Shown here: positions 42,659-53,501 of the stretch, one piece after another
How positions within the stretch are numbered: position 1 is the stretch's first letter
Layout of the letters: each line of letters opens with the position of its first letter
Origin: an uncultured Pelagibacteraceae bacterium
GTDB lineage: Bacteria > Pseudomonadota > Alphaproteobacteria > Pelagibacterales > Pelagibacteraceae
Length of the DNA: 61,085 nucleotides
Assembly (NCBI GenBank): GCA_902609065.1
Contig: CACLQJ010000001.1
Span: 1-61,085, forward strand
Direction: 5' to 3'
Position numbers and translations under genes: made by a program
Notes under the pieces: model-generated
What the model was told of the DNA's origin: nothing
Databases searched by the model: none
What the model saw: only the letters and a program-made list of their open reading frames with translations

Positions 42659-43699
42659 ATGTTCAAATTAATTAAACAATTTACTTCTTTTGTAGCAATG
42701 GTTGCAGTGTTATTCGCTTTTACTACTGAAACAATGGCTGCCAAGAAGTCTAAAACATTAAAAAACACACAAAAAAAAGGTTTTGTGAGATGTGGTGTTT
42801 CACAAGGTTTGCCTGGTTTCTCAAATGCTGATGCATCTGGTAACTGGACTGGTGTTGACGTTGATGTATGTCGAGCTGTTGCAGCTGCTGTATTAGGTGA
42901 TGCAAATAAAGTTAAGTTTACACCATTAAGTGCTAAAGAGAGATTTACTGCACTTACATCAGGTGAAATAGATATACTATCAAGAAACACTACTTGGACT
43001 TTATCAAGAGATGCTGACATAGGACTAACATTTGTAGGAGTAAACTTTTACGATGGTCAAGGTTTTATGGTTAGAAAAAACTCTGGAATAACTTCAACAA
43101 GCCAGTTTAAAGATGGTATTTCTGCATGTACAAACTTAGGTACAACTACAGAACTTAATATGAGAGATTTCTTTAATTCAAAAGGAATATCTTATACGCC
43201 TGTAACATTTGAAAAGGCTGACGAAGTCGTAGCTGCTTATGATGCAGGAAGATGTGATACATACACTACAGATAAATCTGGATTAGCCGCTCAAAGAATT
43301 AAGCTAAGCTCACCGAATGATCATGTGGTATTACCTGAGACTATTTCTAAAGAACCCCTAGGACCTGTTGTAAGACAAGGAGACGCTGTGTGGGAAGATA
43401 TTGTTAGATGGTCTTTAAATACAATGATTGAAGCTGAGGAGTACGGAATAACTTCAGCAAATGCTGATTCTATGAAAACTTCTGAAAATCCAGCTATTAA
43501 AAGATTAGTTGGAGCAGAGGGAGAAATGGGAGCAGCTTTTGGTTTAGATAATGAATGGAACTTAAGAATTATCAAACAGGTTGGAAATTATGGTGAAAGC
43601 TATAAAAGAAATATAGCCGATACTGGAATTCTACCTGACAGAGGTCCAAACGAATTATGGACTAAAGGTGGTATTTTATACGTTCCACCTTCAAGGTAA
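42659..43699 (+). CDS. aapJ: General L-amino acid ABC transporter substrate-binding protein (AapJ/BztA/YhdW family)
   Basis: Signal peptide, CGVS.GLPGFS, G.DVD.CRAVAAA, RNTTWT.SRD, SKEPLGP.VR and VGNYGE motifs. Confidence 0.93.
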   Translation: MFKLIKQFTSFVAMVAVLFAFTTETMAAKKSKTLKNTQKKGFVRCGVSQGLPGFSNADASGNWTGVDVDVCRAVAAAVLGDANKVKFTPLSAKERFTALTSGEIDILSRNTTWTLSRDADIGLTFVGVNFYDGQGFMVRKNSGITSTSQFKDGISACTNLGTTTELNMRDFFNSKGISYTPVTFEKADEVVAAYDAGRCDTYTTDKSGLAAQRIKLSSPNDHVVLPETISKEPLGPVVRQGDAVWEDIVRWSLNTMIEAEEYGITSANADSMKTSENPAIKRLVGAEGEMGAAFGLDNEWNLRIIKQVGNYGESYKRNIADTGILPDRGPNELWTKGGILYVPPSR

Positions 43700-43719
43700 T
43701 TATTTAAGTATAAATTTCT

Positions 43720-43753
43720 AAAAAAGGGCTAGATTTATCTAGCCCTTTTTTTT
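43720..43753 (+). terminator. Rho-independent terminator / stabilising hairpin after the binding-protein gene
   Basis: Perfect inverted repeat AAAAAGGGCTAGA-TTTA-TCTAGCCCTTTTT followed by further T residues. Confidence 0.88.
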
Positions 43754-43766
43754 ATTGTCCTTATAT

Positions 43767-45128
43767 ATGAAATATAAAATTCTTGCTTATATATTCTTCA
43801 TTGTAGGTACTTCAGATTTACTAATTAAATTATTTTATGGGAACATATTTAGCGATTTAACAGAAGATTATTACGAAATAGCAAATCCTATACTTGTATT
43901 TACGCCTGTTTTATTCTTTTCACTTGGGGGTATATTTTTAAAAGAATCAAAAGTAAGCTTATCAGTAGAAAATTTCGGTACTTCAAGATTAAAGTATTAC
44001 ACGCCTCAATTAATTTGTTTAGTATTTGTGGTTTTAATATTTCTTTTTTTCACCTTCAATGCCCAAATGAACATGGAAAATAGAGGTATTGACTTTGGCT
44101 TCGGTTTTTTAAATCAAGAGGCATCTTTTGATATACAGTTTAGCTTAGTCGAATATGATGGATTAGATCCTTATTGGTGGGCTTACGTTGCTGCATTGTT
44201 AAATACATTATTAGTTGCAGTTCTTGGAATTATATTTTGTACTATTTTAGGAATAATTGTGGGTATAGCTAGATTATCTCCAAATTTTTTAATTAAAAAT
44301 GCGGCAGCCTGGTATATAGAATTTTTTAGAAATATACCTTTGTTACTGCAAATTTTCTTTTGGTATTATGCTGCTTTGAGAGCATTACCTCTGCCACAAG
44401 ACGCAAGTCCTTTATTTGGTGTAACTTACTTAACGATTAAAGGTTATTATATGCCAGCTTTTGTATGGAATAATTTGAATATATTCATTTATTTAGTTTT
44501 AGCGGCTATTATCAGTATTGTTTTTATTAGATATTATGCAATTAAATTAAGGGATAAAGAGGGAAAACAGTTACCAGTCTTTTATATCTCAGCATTTTTA
44601 TTAATTATTTTACCGGGCTTATCGTTTATAATAGGCGGAGTTTCATTAAATTTTGAAATTCCAGTTTTAAAACAATTGTCTGCAACATCATTTATTTACG
44701 ATGGAGGAATATCAGTTCCCCCAGAATTAATTGCATTAACTTTGGCTTTATCTCTTTACACAGCGACTTTTATCGCAGAATGTGTTAGAGCAGGAATACA
44801 AGGTATTAGCAAAGGACAAAAAGAGGCTGCAAGTTCTCTAGGTTTAACTACAAATCAAGTCTTAAAACTTGTTATAATGCCTCAAGCTCTTAGAATTATA
44901 ATACCTCCAACTACCAATCAATATTTAAATTTAACAAAAAATTCATCTTTAGCTGCAGCAATAGCATATCCAGATCTTGTGCTTGTTTTTGCAGGAACTG
45001 CATTAATGCAAACTGGTAGAGCTATAGAAATAGTTTCTATAACAATGTTAACTTATTTATCAATTAGTTTAGCAATAGCTGCACTAATGAACTGGTATAA
45101 CAAATTAATTGAGATTAAGGAAAAATAA
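43767..45128 (+). CDS. aapQ: Amino acid ABC transporter permease (AapQ/BztB/YhdX family)
   Basis: GFGFL...A.F.I, LLNTLLV, RLS.N, FRNIPLLLQ, AE.VRAGI..+.KGQ.EAA and YLNLTKNSSLA motifs. Start placed at the ATG at 43767. Confidence 0.9.
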   Translation: MKYKILAYIFFIVGTSDLLIKLFYGNIFSDLTEDYYEIANPILVFTPVLFFSLGGIFLKESKVSLSVENFGTSRLKYYTPQLICLVFVVLIFLFFTFNAQMNMENRGIDFGFGFLNQEASFDIQFSLVEYDGLDPYWWAYVAALLNTLLVAVLGIIFCTILGIIVGIARLSPNFLIKNAAAWYIEFFRNIPLLLQIFFWYYAALRALPLPQDASPLFGVTYLTIKGYYMPAFVWNNLNIFIYLVLAAIISIVFIRYYAIKLRDKEGKQLPVFYISAFLLIILPGLSFIIGGVSLNFEIPVLKQLSATSFIYDGGISVPPELIALTLALSLYTATFIAECVRAGIQGISKGQKEAASSLGLTTNQVLKLVIMPQALRIIIPPTTNQYLNLTKNSSLAAAIAYPDLVLVFAGTALMQTGRAIEIVSITMLTYLSISLAIAALMNWYNKLIEIKEK

Positions 45129-46399
45129 TGAGTAGGTTTTCTTTTTTAAAAAGCGATAGAAGTAATATTAATTCGTTATTATTTACAGGTATAATTCTTG
45201 TCACAATAGGTATTTTAGACGTATCTTTAAATACTTTTTTTAAATTAAATTTATTTTCATTTTTACCAGGTATAACAAGTTTTTTATTTCCATTCATTAT
45301 AGCAATGTTTGGATTTCATTTAATAAGAATTGAATTTACAGGTAGCAAAACCATTGATATATTAAATAAAAATATTAATACATCAACATTTAACGCAGCG
45401 TTAACATTATTAATTTTATTTGTAGTGATTAAAGCGATTCCTCCTTCATTAAGCTGGATGATTTTAGATGCAAATATTTCAGGAGATACAAAAGAAGCGT
45501 GTACTGGTACAGGCGCGTGCTGGACGTATATTAAAGTGTGGTTTAGAAGATTTATGTATGGAATGTATCCAAATGAGCAACACTGGAGAATTAATACAGC
45601 ATTTTTATTAGTAATAGGTTTAGGTACTTTTGGTTTTTTCGCTACTGAAAAAATGAAAAAGTTTTTAGCACTTTATTATGTTTTTATTTATCCTGTCATG
45701 GCTTTTATGATAATTTATTATTTAATATCAGGTGGTTACTTTGGTCTAGAGTGGATTGAAACAGGTGCATGGGGAGGACTATCTTTAACTTTTATTGTTT
45801 CTTTTTTTTGTTTAATATTTTGTTTTCCATTAGGTATGATTTTAGCCTTAGGAAGAAGATCTTCACTACCAGCTATTAGATATGTGTCAATTGGGTATAT
45901 CGAATTTTGGAGAGGCGTACCTTTAATTACTGTTTTGTTTATGTCTTCAGTTATGTTTCCGATGTTTTTGCCTGAGGATTTCTTTATGGATAAGTTAGTT
46001 AGAGTTATAATTGCTATAACTTTATTTGAAGGTGCTTACTGTGCAGAAGTAATTAGGGGTGGCTTACAATCTCTTCCTAGAGGTCAATATGATGCTGCAA
46101 AATCTTTAGGCATGGGTTATTGGAAAATGCATGTTTTTGTAATATTACCCCAAGCTCTAAAACTAGTTATACCAGGAATATGTAATACTTTCTTAGCACT
46201 TGTTAAGGATACTCCGTTAATATTTGTAGTGGGTTTAGCAGAACTTGCTGGTATGCTTGCATTAGCAAAAACAAATCCTGAATGGCTTGGATATGCAATG
46301 GAAGGCTATATATTTGCTGCTATAATTTTTTGGATAATTTGTTATGCTATGAGTAAATACAGTTATAATTTAGAAGAAAAATATAAAACAGAAAGATAA
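45128..46399 (+). CDS. aapM: Amino acid ABC transporter permease (AapM/BztC/YhdY family)
   Basis: GACW, YG.YP..WR, WGGL.LT, LALGRRS, RGVPLITVLFM and AEVIRGGLQ..P.GQY motifs. Confidence 0.92.
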   Translation: MSRFSFLKSDRSNINSLLFTGIILVTIGILDVSLNTFFKLNLFSFLPGITSFLFPFIIAMFGFHLIRIEFTGSKTIDILNKNINTSTFNAALTLLILFVVIKAIPPSLSWMILDANISGDTKEACTGTGACWTYIKVWFRRFMYGMYPNEQHWRINTAFLLVIGLGTFGFFATEKMKKFLALYYVFIYPVMAFMIIYYLISGGYFGLEWIETGAWGGLSLTFIVSFFCLIFCFPLGMILALGRRSSLPAIRYVSIGYIEFWRGVPLITVLFMSSVMFPMFLPEDFFMDKLVRVIIAITLFEGAYCAEVIRGGLQSLPRGQYDAAKSLGMGYWKMHVFVILPQALKLVIPGICNTFLALVKDTPLIFVVGLAELAGMLALAKTNPEWLGYAMEGYIFAAIIFWIICYAMSKYSYNLEEKYKTER

Positions 46400-46403
46400 T
46401 TAA

Positions 46404-47138
46404 GTGTCCGAAGTAATCATCAAAATAAACAATATGAATAAGTGGTTCGGAGATTTTCAAGTATTAAAAGACATTAATTTAGAGGTAGAAAAAAATAAAA
46501 AAATTGTTGTTTGCGGTCCTTCAGGTTCTGGTAAATCAACATTAATTAGATGCATAAATAGATTAGAAGAACATCAAAAAGGAAATATTATTGTTGATGG
46601 TACAGAATTAAATGAAAATACTAAAAATATAGAACAAATTAGAGCTGAAGTTGGTATGGTTTTTCAACAATTTAATTTGTTTCCCCACTTATCTATTTTA
46701 GATAATTGTACACTAGCACCTATTTGGGTAAAGAAAATGCCAAAAAAACAGGCCCAAGAACTTGCTATGCAACAGCTTGATAAAGTACAAATTGTTGATC
46801 AAGCACAAAAGTTTCCTGGACAACTTTCAGGCGGACAACAACAAAGATGTGCAATTGCAAGAGCACTATGTATGGAGCCAAAAATAATGCTTTTTGATGA
46901 ACCAACTTCAGCTTTAGACCCGGAGATGATTAAAGAAGTTCTTGATGCAATGGTAAATTTAGCTAAAGGTGGCATGACAATGATCGTTGTAACTCATGAA
47001 ATGGGTTTTGCTAAAGAGGTTGCTGACGAAGTTATATTTATGGATGAGGGTATGATTGTAGAAAAAGCAGATACTAAAGAGTTTTTCGCTAACCCAAAGT
47101 CAGACAGAACAAAGCTTTTTTTAAGCCAAATCCTGTAA
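46404..47138 (+). CDS. aapP: Amino acid ABC transporter ATP-binding protein (AapP/BztD/YhdZ family)
   Basis: [26 protein letters not shown] and [12 protein letters not shown] motifs; GTG start. Confidence 0.94.
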   Translation: MSEVIIKINNMNKWFGDFQVLKDINLEVEKNKKIVVCGPSGSGKSTLIRCINRLEEHQKGNIIVDGTELNENTKNIEQIRAEVGMVFQQFNLFPHLSILDNCTLAPIWVKKMPKKQAQELAMQQLDKVQIVDQAQKFPGQLSGGQQQRCAIARALCMEPKIMLFDEPTSALDPEMIKEVLDAMVNLAKGGMTMIVVTHEMGFAKEVADEVIFMDEGMIVEKADTKEFFANPKSDRTKLFLSQIL

Positions 47139-47259
47139 ATATTTCATTGACAGCTTTCAAAAAAGTCCAAAATTCCAATTTTTTTAAAAAAAATTCTTCT
47201 TGAAATACCTTTGGGAATTTAATTAAATCTTTCTAAATCTATAATTAAGAGGGGTCTTA

Positions 47260-47631
47260 ATGGAAGAAAACTTTAACAAACATCTAGGTAATAAACTTAA
47301 GCTAAGGAGATTGGCATTAGGTTTGACACAAACAAAAGTGGCAAAAGCAATAAACGTTACATTTCAACAAATACAAAAATATGAAAAAGGAACTAATGGA
47401 GTAAGCTCAATAAGACTTCTTCAACTATCAAATTATTTAAAAGTCCCAATAAACTATTTCTTTGAGGATTTTTCCGAGTATTTAATTAATATTGAAAGAT
47501 CTAAAGAAGGACATATGAATGTGAATTATAATTTTTTAACTAAACTTTATTCCGAATTGAATCAAGATCAGAAACTAAAATTTAATAAATCACTTCAGTC
47601 GTTCGGAAACGTTATTACAAAAGTTATTTAA
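47260..47631 (+). CDS. XRE-family helix-turn-helix transcriptional regulator
   Basis: RR..LGLTQ..+A....VTFQQIQKYEKGTN...RL...L.VP..YFF, the conserved alphaproteobacterial PraR/PhrR-like XRE motif; GAGGGG ribosome-binding site upstream. Confidence 0.9.
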   Translation: MEENFNKHLGNKLKLRRLALGLTQTKVAKAINVTFQQIQKYEKGTNGVSSIRLLQLSNYLKVPINYFFEDFSEYLINIERSKEGHMNVNYNFLTKLYSELNQDQKLKFNKSLQSFGNVITKVI

Positions 47632-47632
47632 T

Positions 47633-47708
47633 TGGCTCCTCGGGCAGGACTCGAACCTGCGACCAATTGATTAACAGTCAACTGCTCTACCAACTGAGCT
47701 ACCGAGGA
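47633..47708 (-). tRNA. tRNA-Asn (anticodon GTT)
   Basis: Reverse complement reads TCCTCGGTAGCTCAGTTGGTAGAGCAGTTGACT-GTT-AATCAA...GGTTCGAGTCC...CGAGGAGCCA. Confidence 0.96.
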
Positions 47709-47759
47709 ATGTAAAAATAAAAATTTACTTTTTTTTAATTTTAAAACAACCTTTATTTT

Positions 47760-47833
47760 TGGAGGCAACGCCCGGAATCGAACCGGGATACAAGGATTTG
47801 CAATCCTCTGCGTAACCATTCCGCCACGTTGCC
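47760..47833 (-). tRNA. tRNA-Cys (anticodon GCA)
   Basis: Reverse complement reads GGCAACGTGGCGGAATGGTTACGCAGAGGATT-GCA-AATCCT...GGTTCGATTCC...CGTTGCCTCCA. Confidence 0.96.
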
Positions 47834-47953
47834 GATAGATATAAACGGTTAGCTTAATAAGCTTATATAACTGTTTTAAAATTAGTCCATTAATTTTGAC
47901 CCTAAATTAGAACTTTGTTTATTTATCAGATTAATTTATAAAATAGCTAATCC

Positions 47954-50578
47954 ATGAGCGGAAATAATTATAATCATTCAGATGTTGAAGATAAAATATA
48001 TAAGTATTGGGAAAAGAATAGACTATTTCAACCCAAAAAAAATAAGAAAAAATTTTCAATTGTAATACCGCCACCGAATGTTACAGGAAACTTACACATG
48101 GGGCATGCATTAAATAATTCAATTCAAGACCTTCTAATAAGATTTCATAGAATGAATAACTATGAAACCTTATGGCAGCCAGGCACTGATCATGCCGGAA
48201 TTGCAACTCAAGCATTAGTGGAAAAAAAAATAGAAAGTGAAGGGAAAAATAAACATGATCTGGGTCGTGAAAAATTCATTAATCGTGTTTGGGAATGGAA
48301 AAATCAATATGGCGATATTATTATTAATCAATTAAAGAAACTAGGTTGTTCGTGTGATTGGTCGAGAAACGCATTCACAATGGATGAAAATTTATCAAAA
48401 TCTGTTATTAAAGTATTTGTTGATCTTTACAAAAAAGGACTAATTTTTAAATCTAAAAAATTAGTTAATTGGGATACTGTTCTTAAAACAGCAATATCTG
48501 ATCTAGAGGTTGATCAAAGAGAAGTAAATTCGAAGTTGTATTATATCAAATATCCAATCGAGAATACTGAAAACTTTATTACTATAGCTACAACAAGACC
48601 TGAAACAATGTTAGGTGATACAGCTGTAGCAGTAAATCCCAAAGACAAAAGATACAAAAATTTAGTTTCAAAAAATGTAATTTTACCAATTGTAGAGAAA
48701 AAAATAAAAATTATTTCAGATGATTATGCTGACCCCGAACAAGGTACCGGAGCTGTTAAAATAACCCCAGCTCATGACTTTAATGATTATGATGTAGGAA
48801 TTAGAAACAAGCTAAAAATAATTAATATCTTTACTGAGGATGGGAAAATAAACAAAAATGCACCAAGTGAATATATTGGATTAGATAGGTTCGAAGCTCG
48901 AAAAAAAATATTAAACGAATTAAAAAACAAAAATTTATTTGTTAAAGATGAAGATATAAAAAATAAAGTTCCATATGGAGATAGGTCAAATTCTATAATA
49001 GAACCTTTTTTGACAGAACAATGGTTTGCTGATGCAAAAAAATTGTCAAACAAAGCAAAAAAAATAGTAAAGTCAAAGAAGACTAACTTTTTTCCAAACA
49101 ATTGGTCTAAAACATATTTTCAATGGATGGATAATATTGAACCTTGGTGTGTATCTAGACAGCTATGGTGGGGTCATCAAATACCTGCTTGGTATGGACC
49201 AGATAAAAAAATATTTGTAGCAGAAAATGAAAATGACGCAAAAAAATTAGCTAAGAAATATTACAAAAAAGACGTGACAATTAATAGAGATCCTGATGTT
49301 TTAGATACTTGGTTTTCATCTGGGCTTTGGCCTTTTGCAACACTTGGTTGGCCAAAGAAAAATGATTATTTAAATAAATTTTATCCTACTACCGTTTTGG
49401 TTACAGGTTTTGATATAATATTTTTTTGGGTTGCAAGAATGATGATGCTTGGAATGGAATTTCTAAATAAAGAACCGTTTAAAGATATATACGTCCACGC
49501 TTTAGTGAGAGATGAAAAAGGACAAAAAATGTCTAAATCAAAAGGTAATGTAATTGATCCTTTAGAATTAATTAATAAGTATAGTGCAGATGCCTTAAGA
49601 TTTACTCTTCTTTCTATGGCTTCACCAGGTAGAGATGTTAAGTTATCTGAAGACAGAGTTAAAGGATACAGAAATCTTTTAAATAAATTGTGGAATGCAA
49701 ATAATTTTTTAATACAAAATAAGTGTAACTTTTCTGAAAAAAAACCAAAAAAAATTAATTTAAATATTAATAATTGGATTTTTAATGAGTTAGTAAAAGT
49801 AAAAAAAGATGTAGAGGCAAAAATAAAAGAATATAGATTTGATGAAGCATCTAGACTTATTTATCAATTTGTATGGAATTCTTATTGTGATTGGTATTTA
49901 GAGCTTTCAAAAACTATACTTTACTCAAATGACAAGAAAAAAATTAAAGAAACACAGGATGTTTCTGGTTTCATTTTCACCCAAATATTAATTCTGATGC
50001 ACCCGTTTATACCTTTTGTAACTGAGGAAATATGGCTGAAAAATAAGCTAGATAAATCAGGCAAAAACTACCTTATGTTTTCTAATTGGATTAATGAAAA
50101 ACCTATAAAAAATAATGAAATAAAAAACGTTGAAAATATTATAAATTTTACCTCTTCACTTAGATCATTTAAGAACGAACTAAATATAAGTCCTGGCTCA
50201 TTTGTTGATGTATCATTAAGCAGTATAAAGAATAAAAAGTCCAATTTTTATGAAAAAAACGAAAATACTTTAAAAAAAATAGCTAGAGTAAATAACTTTT
50301 TTAATAAAGATTTGGATAAACCTTCAGCAACAATGGTAATTGGTGGTGATATAATTAAGGTTTATTTTGAAGAAAATATAGATCTTAAAATTATTAAAGA
50401 AAATCTAATAAAAAAACAAAATAAATATAATTCAGAAATGGAAGGCATTAATAAAAGGTTACAAAATAAAAATTTTGTAGATAGGGCTCCCAAAACTGTT
50501 GTTGAACAAGAAAAAAATAACTATAATAATTTAAAAAATGATGTTAAGAAAATTTCATTAATAATTCAAAATCTATAA
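47954..50578 (+). CDS. valS: Valine--tRNA ligase
   Basis: [40 protein letters not shown] and C-terminal coiled coil. Confidence 0.98.
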   Translation: MSGNNYNHSDVEDKIYKYWEKNRLFQPKKNKKKFSIVIPPPNVTGNLHMGHALNNSIQDLLIRFHRMNNYETLWQPGTDHAGIATQALVEKKIESEGKNKHDLGREKFINRVWEWKNQYGDIIINQLKKLGCSCDWSRNAFTMDENLSKSVIKVFVDLYKKGLIFKSKKLVNWDTVLKTAISDLEVDQREVNSKLYYIKYPIENTENFITIATTRPETMLGDTAVAVNPKDKRYKNLVSKNVILPIVEKKIKIISDDYADPEQGTGAVKITPAHDFNDYDVGIRNKLKIINIFTEDGKINKNAPSEYIGLDRFEARKKILNELKNKNLFVKDEDIKNKVPYGDRSNSIIEPFLTEQWFADAKKLSNKAKKIVKSKKTNFFPNNWSKTYFQWMDNIEPWCVSRQLWWGHQIPAWYGPDKKIFVAENENDAKKLAKKYYKKDVTINRDPDVLDTWFSSGLWPFATLGWPKKNDYLNKFYPTTVLVTGFDIIFFWVARMMMLGMEFLNKEPFKDIYVHALVRDEKGQKMSKSKGNVIDPLELINKYSADALRFTLLSMASPGRDVKLSEDRVKGYRNLLNKLWNANNFLIQNKCNFSEKKPKKINLNINNWIFNELVKVKKDVEAKIKEYRFDEASRLIYQFVWNSYCDWYLELSKTILYSNDKKKIKETQDVSGFIFTQILILMHPFIPFVTEEIWLKNKLDKSGKNYLMFSNWINEKPIKNNEIKNVENIINFTSSLRSFKNELNISPGSFVDVSLSSIKNKKSNFYEKNENTLKKIARVNNFFNKDLDKPSATMVIGGDIIKVYFEENIDLKIIKENLIKKQNKYNSEMEGINKRLQNKNFVDRAPKTVVEQEKNNYNNLKNDVKKISLIIQNL

Positions 50579-52296
50579 TGTTAAAATTTAATAAAAAGAA
50601 ATTACCTAGCAGACATACATCAGTAGGACCTGATAAAGCACCACAAAGATCGTTTTATTATGCAATGGATTTAACAGAAAAAGATGTCGCCAAACCTTTT
50701 GTGGGGGTAGTTTCAACATGGAATGAAGCAGCACCATGCAATATTGCTTTAATGCGGCAGGCACAATCAGTTAAAAAAGGAGTTAAAAGTAACGGTGGAA
50801 CTCCAAGAGAATTTTGTACAATTACTGTAACTGATGGAATTGCGATGGGCCATGAAGGTATGAAATCATCATTAATTTCAAGAGACGTAATTGCAGATTC
50901 AACAGAATTAACAGTAAGAGGTCATTGTTATGATGCATTAGTTGGTGTTGCGGGATGTGATAAATCCTTACCAGGTCTAATGATGGCGATGGTTAGGTTA
51001 AATGTACCAAGCGTTTTTATTTATGGTGGATCTATTTTGCCTGGAAGATTTAATGGTAAGGATGTGACTGTAGTTGATGTATTTGAAGGTGTAGGAAAAT
51101 ATTCTTCAGGTAAAATGTCAGCACACGCATTAAGAAAACTTGAATTAAAAGCTTGTCCAAGTTCTGGAGCTTGTGGTGGACAATTTACAGCTAATACTAT
51201 GGCATGTGTTTCAGAAGCAATTGGACTTGCATTACCTTATTCTGCTGGAACACCAGCTCCTTATGAGCAAAGAGATAAGTACGCAATGTTAAGTGGAAAA
51301 TCTGTAATGAATTTACTTAAGAAAAATATCAGACCTAGAGATATAGTTACAAGAAAAGCATTAGAAAATGCAGCTACAATAGTTGCAGCAACAGGCGGTT
51401 CAACAAATGCAGCTTTACATTTACCAGCGATTGCTAATGAGGTTGGTATTAAATTTGATTTAATGGATGTTGCAAAAATTTTTAAAAAAACTCCTTATCT
51501 AGCTGATCTTAAACCAGGCGGAAGATATGTTGCAAAAGATATGTGGCAAGCAGGAGGGGTACCAATGTTATTAAAAACCTTAATGGATGGTGGATACATA
51601 CATGGAGATTGTTTAACTGTGACTGGTAAAACAATGAGAGAAAATTTAAAAAAAGTTAAATTTAATTTAAAACAAAGAGTAATGAGAAAACATAATAATC
51701 CATTATCTCCAGATGGAGGTGTAGTTGGATTAAAAGGAAACTTAGCACCCGAAGGTGCAATTGTTAAAGTTGCTGGTCTTAAAAAATTACAATTTACAGG
51801 AAGAGCAAGATGTTTTGATACTGAAGAAGCTGCATATAAAGCTGTTCAAAAAAAACAATACAAAGATGGCGACATTATAATTATTAGATACGAAGGACCA
51901 AGAGGTGGACCAGGCATGAGAGAAATGCTTCAAACAACTGGAGCTATTTACGGGCAAGGAAAAGGTGAAAAAGTTGCACTTATAACTGACGGTAGGTTCT
52001 CTGGGGCTACAAGAGGCTTTTGCATCGGTCATGTAGGTCCTGAGGCCTCTATAGGCGGTCCAATAGCCCTTTTACGCAATGGTGATGTGATTGATATAGA
52101 TGCTAAAAAAGGAACTATTAACGTAAGATTATCAAAAAAAGAATTAGCTAAAAGAAAGAAAAAATGGAAACCAAAGAAAATTAACTTTGGTAATGGAACT
52201 CTTTGGAAATATGCACAAACTGTTGGACCTGCATATCTAGGAGCACCAACACACCCAGGAGCAAAAAACGAAGTAAAAGTTTACGCTGATATTTAA
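50578..52296 (+). CDS. ilvD: Dihydroxy-acid dehydratase
   Basis: [44 protein letters not shown] and TDGRFSG motifs. Confidence 0.97.
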   Translation: MLKFNKKKLPSRHTSVGPDKAPQRSFYYAMDLTEKDVAKPFVGVVSTWNEAAPCNIALMRQAQSVKKGVKSNGGTPREFCTITVTDGIAMGHEGMKSSLISRDVIADSTELTVRGHCYDALVGVAGCDKSLPGLMMAMVRLNVPSVFIYGGSILPGRFNGKDVTVVDVFEGVGKYSSGKMSAHALRKLELKACPSSGACGGQFTANTMACVSEAIGLALPYSAGTPAPYEQRDKYAMLSGKSVMNLLKKNIRPRDIVTRKALENAATIVAATGGSTNAALHLPAIANEVGIKFDLMDVAKIFKKTPYLADLKPGGRYVAKDMWQAGGVPMLLKTLMDGGYIHGDCLTVTGKTMRENLKKVKFNLKQRVMRKHNNPLSPDGGVVGLKGNLAPEGAIVKVAGLKKLQFTGRARCFDTEEAAYKAVQKKQYKDGDIIIIRYEGPRGGPGMREMLQTTGAIYGQGKGEKVALITDGRFSGATRGFCIGHVGPEASIGGPIALLRNGDVIDIDAKKGTINVRLSKKELAKRKKKWKPKKINFGNGTLWKYAQTVGPAYLGAPTHPGAKNEVKVYADI

Positions 52297-53498
52297 TGAA
52301 AATTAGACCAGTTATTTTGTGTGGTGGAGCAGGCACTCGACTGTGGGAAGATAAAAAACACCATCAACCAAAGCAGTTTATTGACTTTGGAGGATGGAAC
52401 CTGATGGAAAAAACATTAGAAAGGATTAAAAATCCGATCTTTGATCATCCCATCATAAGCACTAATAACAAATATTTATCACAAGTTAGAAGATCTTTAA
52501 AAAATTCTAAAATAAAGAAATTTAAAATTGTGCTTGAACCAGCTAAAAAGAATACAGCTCCAGCAATACTTTCTTCTGCATTGATTAAAGATATTCCATT
52601 AAAACAATCTCTAATGTATTTTGCTGCAGATCATTTAATTGAAAAAACAAGTATTTTTAATAGATCAATTAAGAACAATGTTAAAAATCTAGACGATAAA
52701 AATATATTTATATTTGGGATTAAACCTATCAATCCATCAAGCGAATACGGTTACTTTTTAACAAAAAAGATTAAAAATATTAATAAAGTTTCAAAGTTTA
52801 TTGAAAAACCTAATATTTTAAAAGCTAAACAGGTCATAGAGAAAAAAGGTTACTGGAATTCAGGAATGTTTTTTTTAAGGAAAGATTCGATAATTAATAA
52901 TTTTAAAAAATATCAACCCGAAACTTATAAGAGCTGCTTACTATCAGTAAATAAATCAAAATATAAAAATAATACTTATTATTTAAACAAATCGGCATTT
53001 ATTAACTCAGTTGAAAAATCTTTTGATTATGCAATCCTTGAAAAATCAAAAAACATTAATGCTATAAAATTGGATATTCCTTGGTCTGATCTAGGAAGTT
53101 GGAAAGAAATTTCAAAAATTTTTAATAAAAATAAATCAAAATATTTCAAAAAAAAGAATGTTTTTTATAGACCCTGGGGTAGTTATACCAACTTATTCAG
53201 AGGTAAAAATTTCTTAGTTAAAGAATTAAATGTAAAATCAAAAGGTATATTAAGTCTACAAAAACATCATCATCGATCTGAGCACTGGTTAATTACCCAA
53301 GGTAAACCTTTAATTACATTAAATAAGAAAAAATTATCAAAATCTGTAAATGAATCTATATATATTCCAAAGGGTGCCATTCACAGAATAGAAAATCCAT
53401 TTAAAATTAACGTAAAAATTTTAGAAATTCAGAAAGGATCTATTCTAAAAGAAACTGATATTGTAAGATACCAAGACATATATGGAAGAGTAGGTTAA
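52296..53498 (+). CDS. manC: Mannose-1-phosphate guanylyltransferase / mannose-6-phosphate isomerase (ManC/XanB-like, internally shortened)
   Basis: PVIL.GG.GTRLW...PKQF, EP..KNTAPA, ADH, F.EKP, WNSGMF, S.DYA..EK and WSDLGSW motifs, then a cupin with RPWG...SLQKHHHRSEHW...HRIEN. Confidence 0.85.
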   Translation: MKIRPVILCGGAGTRLWEDKKHHQPKQFIDFGGWNLMEKTLERIKNPIFDHPIISTNNKYLSQVRRSLKNSKIKKFKIVLEPAKKNTAPAILSSALIKDIPLKQSLMYFAADHLIEKTSIFNRSIKNNVKNLDDKNIFIFGIKPINPSSEYGYFLTKKIKNINKVSKFIEKPNILKAKQVIEKKGYWNSGMFFLRKDSIINNFKKYQPETYKSCLLSVNKSKYKNNTYYLNKSAFINSVEKSFDYAILEKSKNINAIKLDIPWSDLGSWKEISKIFNKNKSKYFKKKNVFYRPWGSYTNLFRGKNFLVKELNVKSKGILSLQKHHHRSEHWLITQGKPLITLNKKKLSKSVNESIYIPKGAIHRIENPFKINVKILEIQKGSILKETDIVRYQDIYGRVG

Positions 53499-53501
53499 AT
53501 C

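Noticed and set aside
47628-47819. 63-aa minus-strand ORF
   Set aside because: It is a translation through the tRNA-Cys and tRNA-Asn genes.
42446-47833. Possible genomic island bounded by tRNA-Arg and tRNA-Asn/Cys
   Set aside because: There is no integrase and I saw no duplicated tRNA 3' end. The cargo is a typical amino-acid ABC transporter.
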